Below are positions 41,523 to 54,413 of a stretch of DNA of 64,000 bases, piece after piece (within the stretch, counting starts at the first letter, position 1; every line of letters starts with the position of its first letter). Both the position numbers and the translations under genes were made by a program. The DNA lies in the NCBI GenBank assembly GCA_964016885.1, contig OZ024740.1:359290001-359354000 (forward strand). The letters run 5' to 3'. Source of the stretch: Eledone cirrhosa (lineage: Eukaryota). The notes beneath the pieces are model-generated. The model saw only the letters and a list, made by a program, of their open reading frames with translations. It had not been told where the DNA came from and ran no database searches.

Positions 41523-42609
41523 TCTCGCTGTATTTTATATCTGCGATCTAACTTACTCGGTCCTCAATGTTGCCATTGACTGACCGACGGTCAAAAATAA
41601 TACAGATACAATATAGACACAAACACATATATATAGTTTACGTAATTTACATAAATCTTTCGTTGCACATCTGCAACATCGTCAGTGGTGTTATGTTCTT
41701 TGTTCCTCCTGTTGTGTTGTATGTCTACGCCATTTTTTATTCAGTCTGTCTATATATTTATTTATTTATTTGCTTGTTTGTTTATCTTATTTTATTTTGT
41801 CTTCTTTGCGCATGCGTTTGCGTGTGTGCATAGTGTTATGTGTGCTGTGTGATTAGTGTGTATAGTGTTGTGTCTGCTGGGTGACTAGTGTGTGTTTATG
41901 TGCTTGTTGTTATTGTGCTTGTATATGTATTTATTTATCTTATTTTATTTTATTTTATTTACTTATTTATACTTCTCTTAGGTCAGTGTTGTTTGTTTGG
42001 GTGTTGTTGTTGTTCCACTCATTCTTGCTGTTTAGCTTTGGTCTTCTAATTTCTATTTCACTGGCCTCTCTGATTTGCCTATCTGCTGGGTCATTCCTAT
42101 GTTTAGATATTATTCTAATTTCTATGTTGTCTATGTTACCGTCATGTTGTTGTCTAGCATGTTCGTATAGTACTGACCCGTTTTTTCGTCCTTTTAGTTC
42201 CCGCCACTGTTGGTCTATCCTTTCACCTATGCTACGAGCTGTCTCACCTATGTATGTTGTTGTCATGTTTCTGCAAGTACCCTCTGTACATCTTATGCTA
42301 TAGACTACGTTTCTAGTTTTACAGTTTATCCGGGGGTTCACCTTACATATGATACATTTCCTATTGGTACAGCGGGTTTTCTTAAAAGGGTAGGTTTTGC
42401 TGATCAGGGATTTTATGGTGGTTCCTGGCTTTTCTACCACCTTTATTTTTAAGTGGGTCTTTCTCAGGGCTTTTCTACACTGGTTAGCTAATTTCCCTCC
42501 AGGGGTGGCGTCCACAAACATGACACTCTGATATCTCTGGTTGTCGTACCATGATGTGGCCTTCCCTATCTTATGTTTAGCCCTATCTAAGCTATTCCAT
42601 GATTTGCTC

Positions 42610-42612
<3 letters not shown>
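41522..42612 (-). mobile_element. Naiad-like PLE 3' fragment: GIY-YIG endonuclease ORF plus pLTR with hammerhead core (41647-41690), (TA)n on both sides
   Basis: YRSKSW...WY...SVMFVDATPGG...KVVEKPG...CTNRKCIIC...VVYSIRC...YIGETARS (41967-42612). Confidence 0.9.
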
Positions 42613-42656
<44 letters not shown>

Positions 42657-42660
<4 letters not shown>

Positions 42661-43342
42661 TAAACGGAATAGAAAATGCTGACAGATTGTTCACAGTGAA
42701 AAATAGTTTAATTAGGAATAAATGAGAATTAGTAATTGTATTGGTTAGTATTCAGTTTTGGTTTTAAGTTTTACCGGTTGCACATTTCTAAATGCTTTTC
42801 AAAAATTATTTTGAGATAGAGCGTCCGTGATGTTTGCTCTGATAAAGATAAACTCTCGTCAGAAGGATCTTTTCACTTGGAGAATATAAAATTCCCGAGT
42901 TCAAATTACGAACTGGCGCTATTCAAAATTGTTCCCGAGATGAGAGAAAATGAAGTGGAATCAATTCTTTCAAGTGCCGTGTGTAAAGATAGAGGCAGAG
43001 GCAGATAGAGGCTCTGACTGCTGCTAGTTATAGCGGGAGCCGATTGGCCTCCCTGCCTCTGCCTCTATCTTTACACACGGCACTTGAAAGAATTGATTCC
43101 ACTTCATTTTCTCTCATCTCGGGAACAATTTTGAATAGCGCGCCAATTCGTAATTTGAACTCGGGAATTTTATATTCTCCGAGTAAAAAGATCCTTCTGA
43201 CTAGAGTTTATCTTTGCAACGGGTGCCGTATGGACTCCGTTTATTTTTGAGACTCGAAACCGATTCGGTAAAGGTAACCATAGTAAGTAAAGTTAATTTT
43301 AAAAAATTTATTTTGAAACTTTTTCTTATTTGCTAAACCTTG

Positions 43343-43345
<3 letters not shown>
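42657..43345. mobile_element. Fold-back PLE-type insertion (arms 42844-43012 and 43047-43215) between (TA)n tracts
   Basis: Inverted arms visible; hammerhead 43193-43274: cctt-CTGACTA-gagtt...gactc-GAAA-ccg att cgg-TA-aagg (left arm has canonical CTGACGA). Confidence 0.8.
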
Positions 43346-43377
<32 letters not shown>

Positions 43378-43665
43378 TAAATTATGTCCATAGAATTATT
43401 TGATAAAATATATACACTATTTCCTCTCCCAATTAGCATAATTAACCATATAAAAAATCAAGTAGACCAGGCTATAAGAATAAAGGCTTCTATGAAGAAA
43501 TATTTGATAAATAAACTACACCAGCCTCTTCGCGGCCGACCGCAACAGAATATTTACCCAACATTTCAACAGCATGTAGAAACTGACTAAATATACCGTC
43601 CACCATACACAATTAGGTATAAATTTAAAGTTAGAAGAAATGAGAGTACATTCTTACCGTAATTA

Positions 43666-43745
43666 TGTCCCTACCCTGGGTTTCGTTCGCGTTTTGAGAT
43701 ATCCTATTACGGATAAATCTCAAGTATCGAACTCATCAGGAGACA
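43666..43745 (-). ncRNA. Type I hammerhead ribozyme motif (long stem II)
   Basis: tgtctc-CTGATGA-gttcg...ttgagat...atctcaa...cgaac-GAAA-ccc a ggg-TA-gggaca. Confidence 0.88.
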
Positions 43746-43806
43746 AACTCATAGGACAGTTAATTTTCCAAAGCGATCCCCGCCAGAACTATATATATAT
43801 ATATAT

Positions 43807-45250
43807 ATTGTTATACTCGGGGAGGGTCATATTTGTGTAATATTGCCAGAATTAATAACAGAACACACTCACTGTTTGGTTGGTTTTCGCTTTTCGCTTG
43901 TGTCTTTTATATCGGTAATTTAATTTATTCGGTCCTCAATGTTGCCATTGACTGACCAACGGTCAAAAATACAGATACAATATAGACACAAACACATATA
44001 TATAGTTTATCAAAGTTCTTTCGTTGCACATCTGCAACATCGTCTGTGGTGCTATTGTTTCCTCCCGTTGCATTGTATTTTCTACGCCATCTTTATTTAG
44101 TCTGTTTATATATCTATTTATTTGTTGTTGTTTTTTTTGCTTTTTTTGTTTTTGTCTTCTTTGCGCATGCGTTTGCGTGTGTGTATAGTGTTTTGTTTGA
44201 TGTGTGTTCGTGATTGGGTGACTGTGTATTGGTTAATGTAGTCTATCTTTACTAGTGTGTGTTTATATGTGTTTGTTGTTATTGTGCTTGTGTATGTATT
44301 TATTTATTTATCTATTTATTTATTTATTTATACTTCTCTTAGGTCAGTGTTGTTTGTTTGGGTGTTTTTATTCCATTCATTTTTTCTGTTTAGCCTTGGC
44401 CTTCTAAGTTCTATTTCACTGGCCTCTCTGATTTGCCTATCTGCTGGGTCATATCTATGTTTAGATATTCTAATTTCTATGTTGTCTATGTTACCGTCGT
44501 GCTGTTGTCTGGAATGTTCGTATAGTACTGAACCGGTTTTTCGTCCTTTTAGTTCCCGCCAGTGTTGGTTTATCCTTTCACCTATGCTACGAGCTGTCTC
44601 GCCTATGTATGTTGTTGTCATGTTTCTGCAAGTACCCTCTGTACATCTTATGCTATAGACTACGTTTCTAGTTTTACAGTTTATCCGGGGGTTTACCTTA
44701 CATATATACATTTCCTATTAGTACAGTGGGTTTTCTTAAAAGAGTAGGTTTTGCTGATCAGGGATTTTATGGTGGTTTCTGGCTTTTCTACCACCTTAAT
44801 CTTTAAGTGGGTCTTTCTCAGGGCCTTTCTACACTAGTTAGCTAATTTCCACGAACACACATCAAACAAAACACTATACACACACGCAAACGCATGCGCA
44901 AAGAAGACAAAAAATAAAAAATAAAAAATAAATAAATAAATAGATATATAAACAGACTAAATAAAGATGGCGTAGAAAATACAATGCAACGGGAAGAAAC
45001 AATAGCACCACTGACGATGTTGCAGATGTGCAACGAAAGAACTTTGATAAACTATATATATGTGTTTGTGTCTATATTGTATCTGTATTTTTGACCGTTG
45101 GTCAGTCAATGGCAACATTGAGGACCGAATAAAGTAAATTACCGATATAAAAGACACAAGCGAAAAGCGAAAACCAACCAAACAGTGAGTGTATTCTGTT
45201 ATTAATTCTGGCAATATTACACAAATATGACCCTCCCCAAGTATAACAAT
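43807..45250 (-). mobile_element. 5'-truncated Naiad-like PLE (GIY-YIG 44328-44850) with inverted pLTR copy (43807-44212 vs 44850-45250)
   Basis: YIGETARSIGERINQH motif; about 400-bp inverted arms; hammerhead core at 45011-45046 and mutated mirror near 44011-44046. Confidence 0.92.
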
Positions 45251-45269
45251 ATTTGTTTCGACACACGAT

Positions 45270-45720
45270 TTCATATCAAAAACCTCGCAAAACTATATAT
45301 ATATGCATCTATTATCTTCGCTATCTTCTTCAGCATGATCATTGTAAGAGCAATAAAACATCTCGATAGGGAGAAGAGTTTCGATATGAGACATCACACT
45401 GATGGCATCCTGTTCTACCTGAAGTGAAGACCATCTCACTACGATAAACTTGAGCAACTCAGGAGGGAGCTAATCTTCACCGACGATGGACTTGTCCACA
45501 CAAAGTCAGTCTCGCAAATTATAACATCCTACTTCATTGATTTTCCTGCGTGCTACAAGACGGAAATCAGTTTGAAGAAGATAGTACCCTTCATCGCACC
45601 CCTCGTGAAGATTAGCCACCCTTTCTGCACCTCCACTAACAAGATAGAGTTAATGGCAGTTCGCCAAAATCGACAAAAGAAGTAACAAAAGACTAGCAAA
45701 GACGAACAACGTATTCGACG
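45270..45720 (+). pseudogene. Degraded RTE reverse transcriptase relic
   Basis: FAIFFSM...RHHTDGILFYL resembles the RTE RT motif F.IFFS...R.RTDG.LFNL. Confidence 0.5.
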
Positions 45721-48007
45721 GGATATTCATCATGTTATGATTTGATTGATTATGTAAAGAGTTCAAGTAAACAGTGACATGTGGAGCTAGGCATATATGC
45801 ATATCAATCATTTAATGTTTTGCTACTTTCCAAACAGTAGGGTGCATTTTGAAATAGATTGGCTGATGTTTGTATCGGGTCAAGTAACCACTTAGAGTCT
45901 TACACTTTTAAAAGGGAAATGTTCAAGAACTATTTACTGTGAAATAAGTCTTAATAATTTCCTGAAATATCACTTCATACATTCATAATAGTATATCTAT
46001 ATCTAGTCAAATTGTGCCTCTCCTGTACAAGTTTCGCGAACATCGACATAGAAACAATGTGATATTTCAATTTTTAAATATTGTTATTATTAATTCTACA
46101 TTATGCACTTTCAAGGTGGGACATTGAACGAGCTGATATATCCTTCATGACGGCGCAATAGGGTTTTAAGGTGGGGTGAAGTGTGCGCATAATCGACTCC
46201 AATCTTTACACCTGGTTTACATCAGACAAGACGGGATAGTGACAGCCAGATTGTCAGGTTGTAGGATTTAATTGGAGCGTCCTTCTCTTAAGCTGCCAAC
46301 TAAGGCTAGAGAGTAACCAGTGTCGAAGCTGCGCAAGGTGAAACATGACTCAAGAATGGCAGACCGTCACCTGCCAATGATCGTACTCTACGGAGAATTG
46401 TCATCGTGTTGTCAAAACAGCGGTGCACCCGAGATGCGGTAGAAACACAGGCTAAATAAAACCTTAAAAGCATGTAACATCGACTCGCACCAGTGGACCA
46501 CCCTGGCTTCTGAGCGTAATATATATATTCTTTGCCCATTTAATCCTGAAAGTTCGTAGTGGCAGCAGTTCTGAAGCAACTATCTCCAGCTGATCCGGCT
46601 GGATCCCCAAGTGAGACCAGTAGAGCCCATAGATGTTAGCCAACCATCTTGCTCGGGGTCTATGTTTTGATGTTATTAATTGTATAGAGAGTTCAAATAT
46701 TCACTAACGTGTGAAAACCGCCATATGTACAAATCACTCATCTAATACATAAGCTGACAATTATTAAAGAATACATTTTCTGCTTGCATACCTACAAACT
46801 AGATTAAATTTTTCTGCTTACACACCATAAACATTTACCTATATGTTTTGTCATTATCTAAAAGTAAAGATCCATCAGGGCATCCAATGTCATGAAATAA
46901 ATGTAGTTTTATCTTTCACTAACACATTACCATATTTACACATTTACACAGCTATTTGACATTGACGTCAACTCTATTGGCCTTTTCAAATTCATCATTG
47001 AATTCTCTAGAGAGACATTATTTAGCACTATTGTTATCATGCAACCAATCTTATTATTTCGAAGAATATTCCTTACTCTATAAAATTTCGACTTTTCAAT
47101 ATTTGTTATTGTTTTTTTCTTACTTTACATTATAGTAGAAATGATTGAGGAAATATAAAAAGCAATAACTTTTAGATACTCTGTATTTATTTTATCATTG
47201 TTAAAATTTCAATTATTTAACATCAACTCCTTGGAAATATCATTTGCTAACACGTTACTTCCCTTGTTTTATTTTACACTGAAAGTATTACATTAAAAAT
47301 GACGAACAGAGAAACAGAAACAGACTTAGATGTTTACATATATTGGATCTAAATTCAAATTCTGGTAATCAGATTAAAGCTCTGTTACAAAATATATTTT
47401 CAAATATAATATCACAGGAAATATAATATATGATTTCAAATGTTATCTTCTCTACAAATACGTGTTACGAATCATTGAGGATAATGGGGAAATACATCCG
47501 CTATTTAGGTTCTACTTGCAAACTAATGTGTTTCCGTCTATTATTAACTATTGTCAGATGATGCATATAGAATATATATTCTTTTTTAAGAAAGTCTCAA
47601 TGATACCAATAAAATATTGAGTTTTTCTGTGAGCGTTATTTTATGAATAAGCTTTGTCAGGTCATCCATCTTTGCGAATTACATCCTCTCGTAACACCGT
47701 CGACCGGAGGACTACGCTGCAACCGTCCTAATTTAATAGATTATAGCATAACAAGCCAAGGTATAAAAGAATGGTAACATTAGAGCTCACGCTGTTTGGT
47801 CTATAGCTATACAGTTGAATTTGATAGAAGCTAGATGCAGAATCTTTAAGAAGAGATAATGTAAAATATTTTACTTAAAGAGAGCGATTTTATAACTAAA
47901 TAAATACGAGTAAGCTAGGTCAATAATAAGTTAGCTTTTTTTTTTAAGAATTCGTTTTGGATATTGCTGTTGTTTTTAGTAACCCATCTAATTCTTTTTC
48001 TTTACAG

Positions 48008-48113
48008 AATAAAGTGAAGCCGTTAGAATTTACCGAAGAAATACTTTGGTTAAATGCGGACGTCACTGACTGGAAACACTTCGAAAACATCACAGAAATA
48101 TGGAAGCCAGTAG
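48008..48113 (+). CDS. Candidate host exon (NKVKPLEFTEEILWLNADVTDWKHFENITEIWKPV)
   Basis: ctaat plus pyrimidine tract ttctttttctttacag; donor AG/GTATGT; only one open frame; non-repetitive context. Confidence 0.45.
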
Positions 48114-48189
48114 GTATGTTAAAATCAACACTATTAAGTATGGAAGTTACTGTATATTATCTATCATTCTCTAGCGGATATTGCAGCTA

Positions 48190-48535
48190 CCCGAGTCAGT
48201 GGGATGTAGAGTCAACAGGTTGTAGCGTTGTTGTCTAAATCGGGAATTTGTAGAATTGTTTTCTGAGTGAATAAGTTGTAGACTTGTTATCTGCGTCACG
48301 ACAAGCCTTATCTGAGCCAATCGACTCTATAGCTATTCTCTGAGTCAATGAGTTGTAGAACTGTTGTCTGGGTCAAAGAGGGGTTGGGGAGTTATTGTCT
48401 GAGTAAATAAGTTGTATAATTTTGCTTACGTCAGTTTATAGAGTTCTTATCTCATAGGCAGCAGAGCTATTCTCACAGTTAATCAGGAATTTATAAAACT
48501 GTTGTCTGTCAAAACTTGTGGAGATATTGTCTGCG
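48190..48535. repeat. Degenerate minisatellite, unit about 28 bp
   Basis: Recurring gagtcaa..agttgtaga..tgttgtct units. Confidence 0.6.
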
Positions 48536-49057
48536 GCTGATAGCTGCTTGTCTCAAGTGCAATTGTTCGTGTTTATTCAACAGGCATGCCATGTTCCCTC
48601 GACTCTAACATTATATTCTCAGCTGTTCAAATTGCATATCTCTAAATAAACATGGTGAGTAGATACATGTCGCTATTATACACAGTGGAAGATATTAAAA
48701 TCAAATTCGCCAATGAGTGCGTTATATCATAAAAGAGCTGGAACCACATTCTGTTTATCAAATGCTTCTTTTCTAAAGTTACATGGCTTCAGATCTTCTT
48801 CTATACTTTATTCACTAAGTTTCAAGAGTATCAACTAAATATTAATCTAACTGAAGTTCTCTCCTCGGCAGAATTTGGATAAACCTTTGACACTGTCTGT
48901 TCTTGTTAGATACTAAGTGACTGAGCATAATGTACAGAATATCATTCTTAAGTGTTTTAGTGAAGTCCTTAACGTTTATGTAAATTCCAATGTCAAATTT
49001 CTCGTCTCAAAATGAATTTGTAAATGTTTATTTGCCAGTTAAGAGATTAAATAGGTC

Positions 49058-52000
49058 ACTTTCTTTTTATTTGCCACCAGGGCAAAAAGTGGGACAAGTA
49101 CAATGGGGGGAGTTTACATAAAAAGGCGTCCTCAATAAGGAGGAGGCAATAACAAGATATAAAAATAAAATAAAATATAACAAAAATAAATTTAATAACG
49201 AAATCCTCAATAGGGAGGAGGCGCCTTGGGGGGGGTCGCACACACCCCCGAAAAAAGTGTGCAACCCTTCTCCTCAGGAACACAGAGAGGGGGTGCTCCC
49301 TTGATCTTTCATCTTCCTCACCTATAGTCTGATGTAGAGTGAAGGCCCATTCACACGGGCCATTCTCGCCACTTTCACCCATCTTTCATAAAAACAGCTG
49401 GGGTGCAGCACCTCTCTCTCTATCCTGATCCTTCTTCCGAAATGATATCGGAAGAAACGGACCAGTTGTTGGCCAGAGAGAAAGGTGTCTGACCTCAGTC
49501 CTTTCAGATGCGTCCACCATACAACCTCTTTCGCCATGGCTATTACGCACAGAAACACCGCCTCTCCTTCGTTTATGAAGAGGGGAGGCGGCTTGATCGT
49601 TACAATAGACTCGGTGGTCAACCAGATCGGTCCCACCCTTGACAGCAGTTGTTCGACATAGCCCCCACAGATCGGCAATGCCCGAGCAGTGTACCAATGT
49701 GTGTGCAACGGTTTCCTCGTCGCACACGCATCTGGGACAGATCTTTTTCGAGGGGTCCCTACCCGGGCACCCGTGTCTGTAGAGCCTTTCTCGAAAAGGC
49801 AGAGCCCCTCGGTAGCACTGCCAACCAAGGGACCTCTGGAAGTTATCCATGGTTCCCAGGCTGAATGTCCTACCGAACAGGTTGGCCAGTTCGTCTTCTT
49901 CCATGCCTAGGACTTCTCCGAGGGCGTCGTCGCACCTGCTAACCACCAGCCCTCTATAGAATGACGAGGTGGATTCTCCACTGACAGCCGGGTCCGCCTG
50001 CCAGAGAGCCCTGAGCGCCTGGGCACACTCGGTGTGCCAGGCGCCCAGTTTTTTCGGTCTTTGCTTGGCCCAGGATTGCAGCTCGGTGAGCGAGACAAGT
50101 CTGTGAAAGGCTCGCCTCACAAACGGGGCCCACACCAGTTGACCGGTGAGGAATACCTGGAGGTGCCGTAGCTTTAGTGCGTGTTTACGTATCATCAGCC
50201 ACGGCATCCCAGCCCTCCTTTCGAAGGGTGTTGACAGCAGATGGATCTCCTCACCATAGGAGCCCGCTTCTTCCAAAGGAATTGGAAGAGTGCGCGCTCC
50301 ATTTTGGCGAGCGTTTCCCTTGGGCAAGGCACAACGGTCAGGCGGTGAGATGACGGACGCCATATAAGTGTTCGCCACCTCTGCCCGACCTTTCAGGGAC
50401 AGTTTGCACTCGGCCCACTTCTGGGTCACTGCAAACACCCTGTTCGTTACCTCACCCCAATTCTTCTCCACCTGGAGGTCTGGTCCGAACCAGACCCCGA
50501 GCAACTTCACCGGGCCCTCCGTCCAGCGCCCGACGACGCCATCGGAGGGCATCGATCTGCCCCTCCACGAGCCGAGTTGCAAACCGATCGACTTGTCCCG
50601 GTTCAGCTTAGCCCCTGTAAACCTTTCGTACTCCTCCAGTAAGGTGCCGATCGCCCCGATTTCGAAGGTCGTCGACACCATTACTGTTACGTCATCGGCG
50701 TAGGCCGATACCGCTTTCCGCAATCCCGGTTCCAAGGGGATGCCCTGCAATAACTCCAACTTCCGCAGCAGTGGCTCTAGAGTCATTACATACAGAAGGG
50801 AGGAGAGAGGGCACCCTTGTCGGATGGACCGCGCGATTTTGAACGGCTCCGAGAGGTAGCCGTTCACCTTGACCCTAGAGCAGATGCGGCTGCTGTGCAT
50901 GGCATTGATCCAGCCCCTGAAAACGGGTCCGAAGCCTGCCGCCGCTAGCACCGCATCCAGGTAACCATGGTAGACCCTATCGAACGCTTTAGATTGATCC
51001 AAGTTGATCAGGGCCCCACCAAAGCCGGGTTCGTTCCCAACCCTCTATATGATGTATCGCATGAGGTGGAGGTTGTCGTGGATGGACCTGGACGGGATAG
51101 CACATGTCTGCGCATCTCCCACCAGGTTGCCCACGACAACCGCCAACCTGTTTGCTAGCACCTTGGCCAAAATCTGTAACTCTGTATTTAGCAGAGTTAT
51201 GGGCCTGAAATTATTTATATCGTCTCCCTTGTTCTCGTCATTCCTCACTAGCGTGACTACGCCCTTGGTCACAGAACAGTGAATTCTCCCGTTCTGTCGC
51301 CAGTTGCAGTAAACCGCCTCGAAGAGATCGAGGAACAAGTCCGGCATAGCTAGATATAGTTCGTATGGAAGACCATCGAGACCCGGGGATTTGCGTTTGC
51401 AGCATTGGCTCAGCACGTCCTCTATCTCAGCGGCTGAAATCGACTCCTCGCAGGACTTCGCCTCCCTGTCCGAGAGACGCGGCAGGCCGTCGAGGTATGG
51501 ACCGAAGTCCACTTCCCCAACCGGTTCCCCGCCCCTTCCGAACAATCTGGCAAAGTGCTTTTGAAAAGCCTCGCACATCTGCTTAAATTCAAGGATCACC
51601 CGTCCATCCTGGTCTCGCAAAGACCGGATAGTGGATCTACTCCCTCTTTTGGCTTCTGTCACGCGGGCCCAGCTAACAGCTTTGGTCCCCCCGTTTCCCA
51701 GAGCACGTATTTTGCTTCGGACGATGCAGCCTTCGTGTTTCGCGTCGAAGAACTGACCCAGGGCCGTTCTCGATGCTAGCACTCTGGCCACGTCGCCGCT
51801 TCTAATTGCCTCTTCTACACTATCTACCAACTCCCTTTCCTTCCTATTTCTATTTGAGGCTAACTCCTTACTAAATTCTATAGAGACTACTCTAATCTCT
51901 CTTTTGAGAGATCCCCACCACCTGCTGTTGACGATGGCGCCCGTCAACCGCTCCTTAACTAAAGTGCTAATCCGGTCCCTGTAAGCCTTACTTGCCGATA

Positions 52001-52553
52001 AGGACAAGTTGAGCTTCCAGTAACCGGGTCCCTGTATATGCGTTCTGTCAAGGTTGACCATGCAGGTCACTAACTTGTGGTCTGAATAGCCAACCATTCG
52101 CATTTTTTGACAACTTAAAAAGTCCTTATCCTTATTTCTAACTAAGAACCTATGTAGGTACGACCTAGATGATCCGCTGCGGTTTGCCCAAGTCCAGGTT
52201 GGCGCAGTCGGAAAATCTAGTCGATATCTATCGGCCAGGTCAAATCGACCGATTAACCCTTTGAGGCTATTACACCCCTCTCTATCGGCACAGGCCCCTA
52301 CGTAGTCCCAACGTGCATCTAGGATACCATTCCAGTCCCCCACTAATAGCAAGGAGCGGGACGTCCCCAGAAAAGTCTCCAGACGATGGAAGAAGTCCGG
52401 CCGCATTGACCCGAAAGGGCCGTAGACGGCTACCAACCTAAACGCTCCGCATTCACCACTGCCAAGGTCCAGAACCACTAGTCGACCCTCCGGGTTCAAA
52501 TGTACCATCTGTGTTGCGAGACCCAGATGTTTTTGCAGCAGAACGACAACCCC
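49058..52553 (-). mobile_element. Tx1/L1-clade LINE ORF2 (APE endonuclease + RT), 5'-truncated and frameshifted
   Basis: VAVYGP, VGDWN, SDHK, GPGYWKLN, KSPGLDG, FRPITLLN, DQSKAFDRV, RQGCPLS, YADD; possible TSD ataggtc. Confidence 0.95.
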
Positions 52554-53149
52554 TATTACTATATAGGTCGTATATCACACTGGAAGATGAATGGAAATCT
52601 CAGGAACATTAGAAACAACTAAAGTAAATCGTCTTCAACTCGTAACTGAATCCTTGTCAAGGTTTCGAACTTATATTTGTTTATTTCAAATAAAAATAGG
52701 AGTTATATATTTAATTTGCAGAGTAAATAAACTATTATGATTTGTTTTGGCATTAGGAAAGCTAGAGAAGTAAAACCGTTTCAATACTAATTGAAAACTA
52801 TCTGATAGCTTTGCGATGATTTCTTAAGAATTCAAATATTTATTACACTAACACAAGTCAAAGATTTAAAGTGCGAATAAATGCGAGCATGTGGCATTTA
52901 GACGTTCTTAAGCCCATCAAAGCGTAAATGAAATAAACTAGCTTCAAATACAAATTAAATCTGGTTCATGGAATTAGCTCACCATGAAATTATCAGTTTA
53001 TTTTCTTTGCATAGGTGTTGAAATAAGACGGCTGAATTAATTTCTGTCAGCAATTTTTAAAGGTTGGTTGAGACGGTTCATATCATATGCTTACTAATTT
53101 GCGTTCCTATTTCGACTTTTCAAAAACTGTTGTTTTTCTACATACATAT

Positions 53150-53674
53150 ATGATGGTTGCAAGCCCTACTAAGAGTATTGCAATCGCTTGTCAGATTACA
53201 GAGTTCATTGCACTTTTAGGCTACGGCAGCCACACAAACCCGTAACAGATCCTGAACAAGCAATGCTTGTGCTTTGAAGGTTTTTTAAGTGGGGAAAGGC
53301 CTTGCATTCGACCAATCCCACTCTCTGAGCGTCGAAAACACTACCCGAAAAGGAGAACTGGTCAACATCATCGGATGCTTCCGAAGCCGCAGGTTTTTTT
53401 TCAGAGTTTCCCTCTCTTAGAAAGCTGTTGTGACAACAACTGGGGGCCTTTCACTCACACGTGAAAAATAAAAGTACTATTTGGATGGCCGTTGACTCTG
53501 CTGAGTTTCTCCGTCCTTTGCCGGGTCTTGTATTTCATCCTGGCAGGGTGTCCAAATATCATCCTCCTCACCAAGCAAGTTTGGTGGGGTTGCCGGTTTA
53601 GTCGCCGACGACCCGACCATGAGACAGGTTGTACTGGGTTACATGTTACCAGTAGCACTCGAGAGCGACCTGAC
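53150..53674 (-). mobile_element. Non-autonomous RTE-derived element, subfamily 2
   Basis: 5' end shared with 10894 and 54347; (TACA)n flanks. Confidence 0.75.
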
Positions 53675-53737
53675 ATACATACATACATACATACATACAT
53701 ACATACATACATACATACATACATACATACATACATA

Positions 53738-54347
53738 CATGGTGGCTGCCAACTCGTTTTCGAGTACGGCCACTACATTATATCCATGTAGGAGAACTCC
53801 TACCGATGCGCTGAACGAGTGTGATTTTTTAGTCCAGCCAGCGACTTGAAAACTCTGGTACAAACACTACACTTGTGACAATTATTGACACATAGTGCTG
53901 GGCCCATGGTACCATATGACGACAAGGGCAGAGAAATCTCCAGATATAAAGCAATGCCTGTGCCGTGAAGCTTTTATGGTGAGCAAAGGCACTGCACAAA
54001 GCCAGTACCACTCTCTTAACCAAGATGATATTTACCAAAAAGAAGAACAAGTCAACATCATTGGATACCATCAGGGTTGCAGGTGTTATATCAGAGTTTT
54101 CCTTCTCCTAGAATTCTGCCTTGACAAAGGCTAAGGGTCATCTCTCCCGGTGATTTTGGATGGCCATTGACTCTTAAGAGCTCCTTTGCCCTTTGACAGG
54201 TTTTGGATTTAGTCCTGCAGGATGTCCAAAGTCACCCTCCTCACGAAGAAACCTTGGTGGGGTTGCCAGTTTAGTCGCCAACGACCCGACCATGGGACAG
54301 GTTGTACTGGAATACATGTTACCAGTAGCACCAAGTGGTGACCTGAC
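53738..54347 (-). mobile_element. Non-autonomous RTE-derived element (about 610 bp)
   Basis: Near-identical to 55388-55998; (TACA)n on both sides. Confidence 0.85.
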
Positions 54348-54413
54348 ACATACATACATACATACATACATACATACATACATACATACATACATACATA
54401 CATACATACATAC

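Noticed and set aside
30890-45130. Selenoprotein recoding or SECIS in the Naiad-like elements
   Set aside because: No in-frame TGA at Cys positions in the three GIY-YIG fragments, and the 3' hairpin lacks the UGAN/NGAN quartet geometry
54265-54347. Canonical HDV-like ribozyme
   Set aside because: Could not place a 7-bp P1 3' strand between P3 and P1.1; kept only as an unassigned structure
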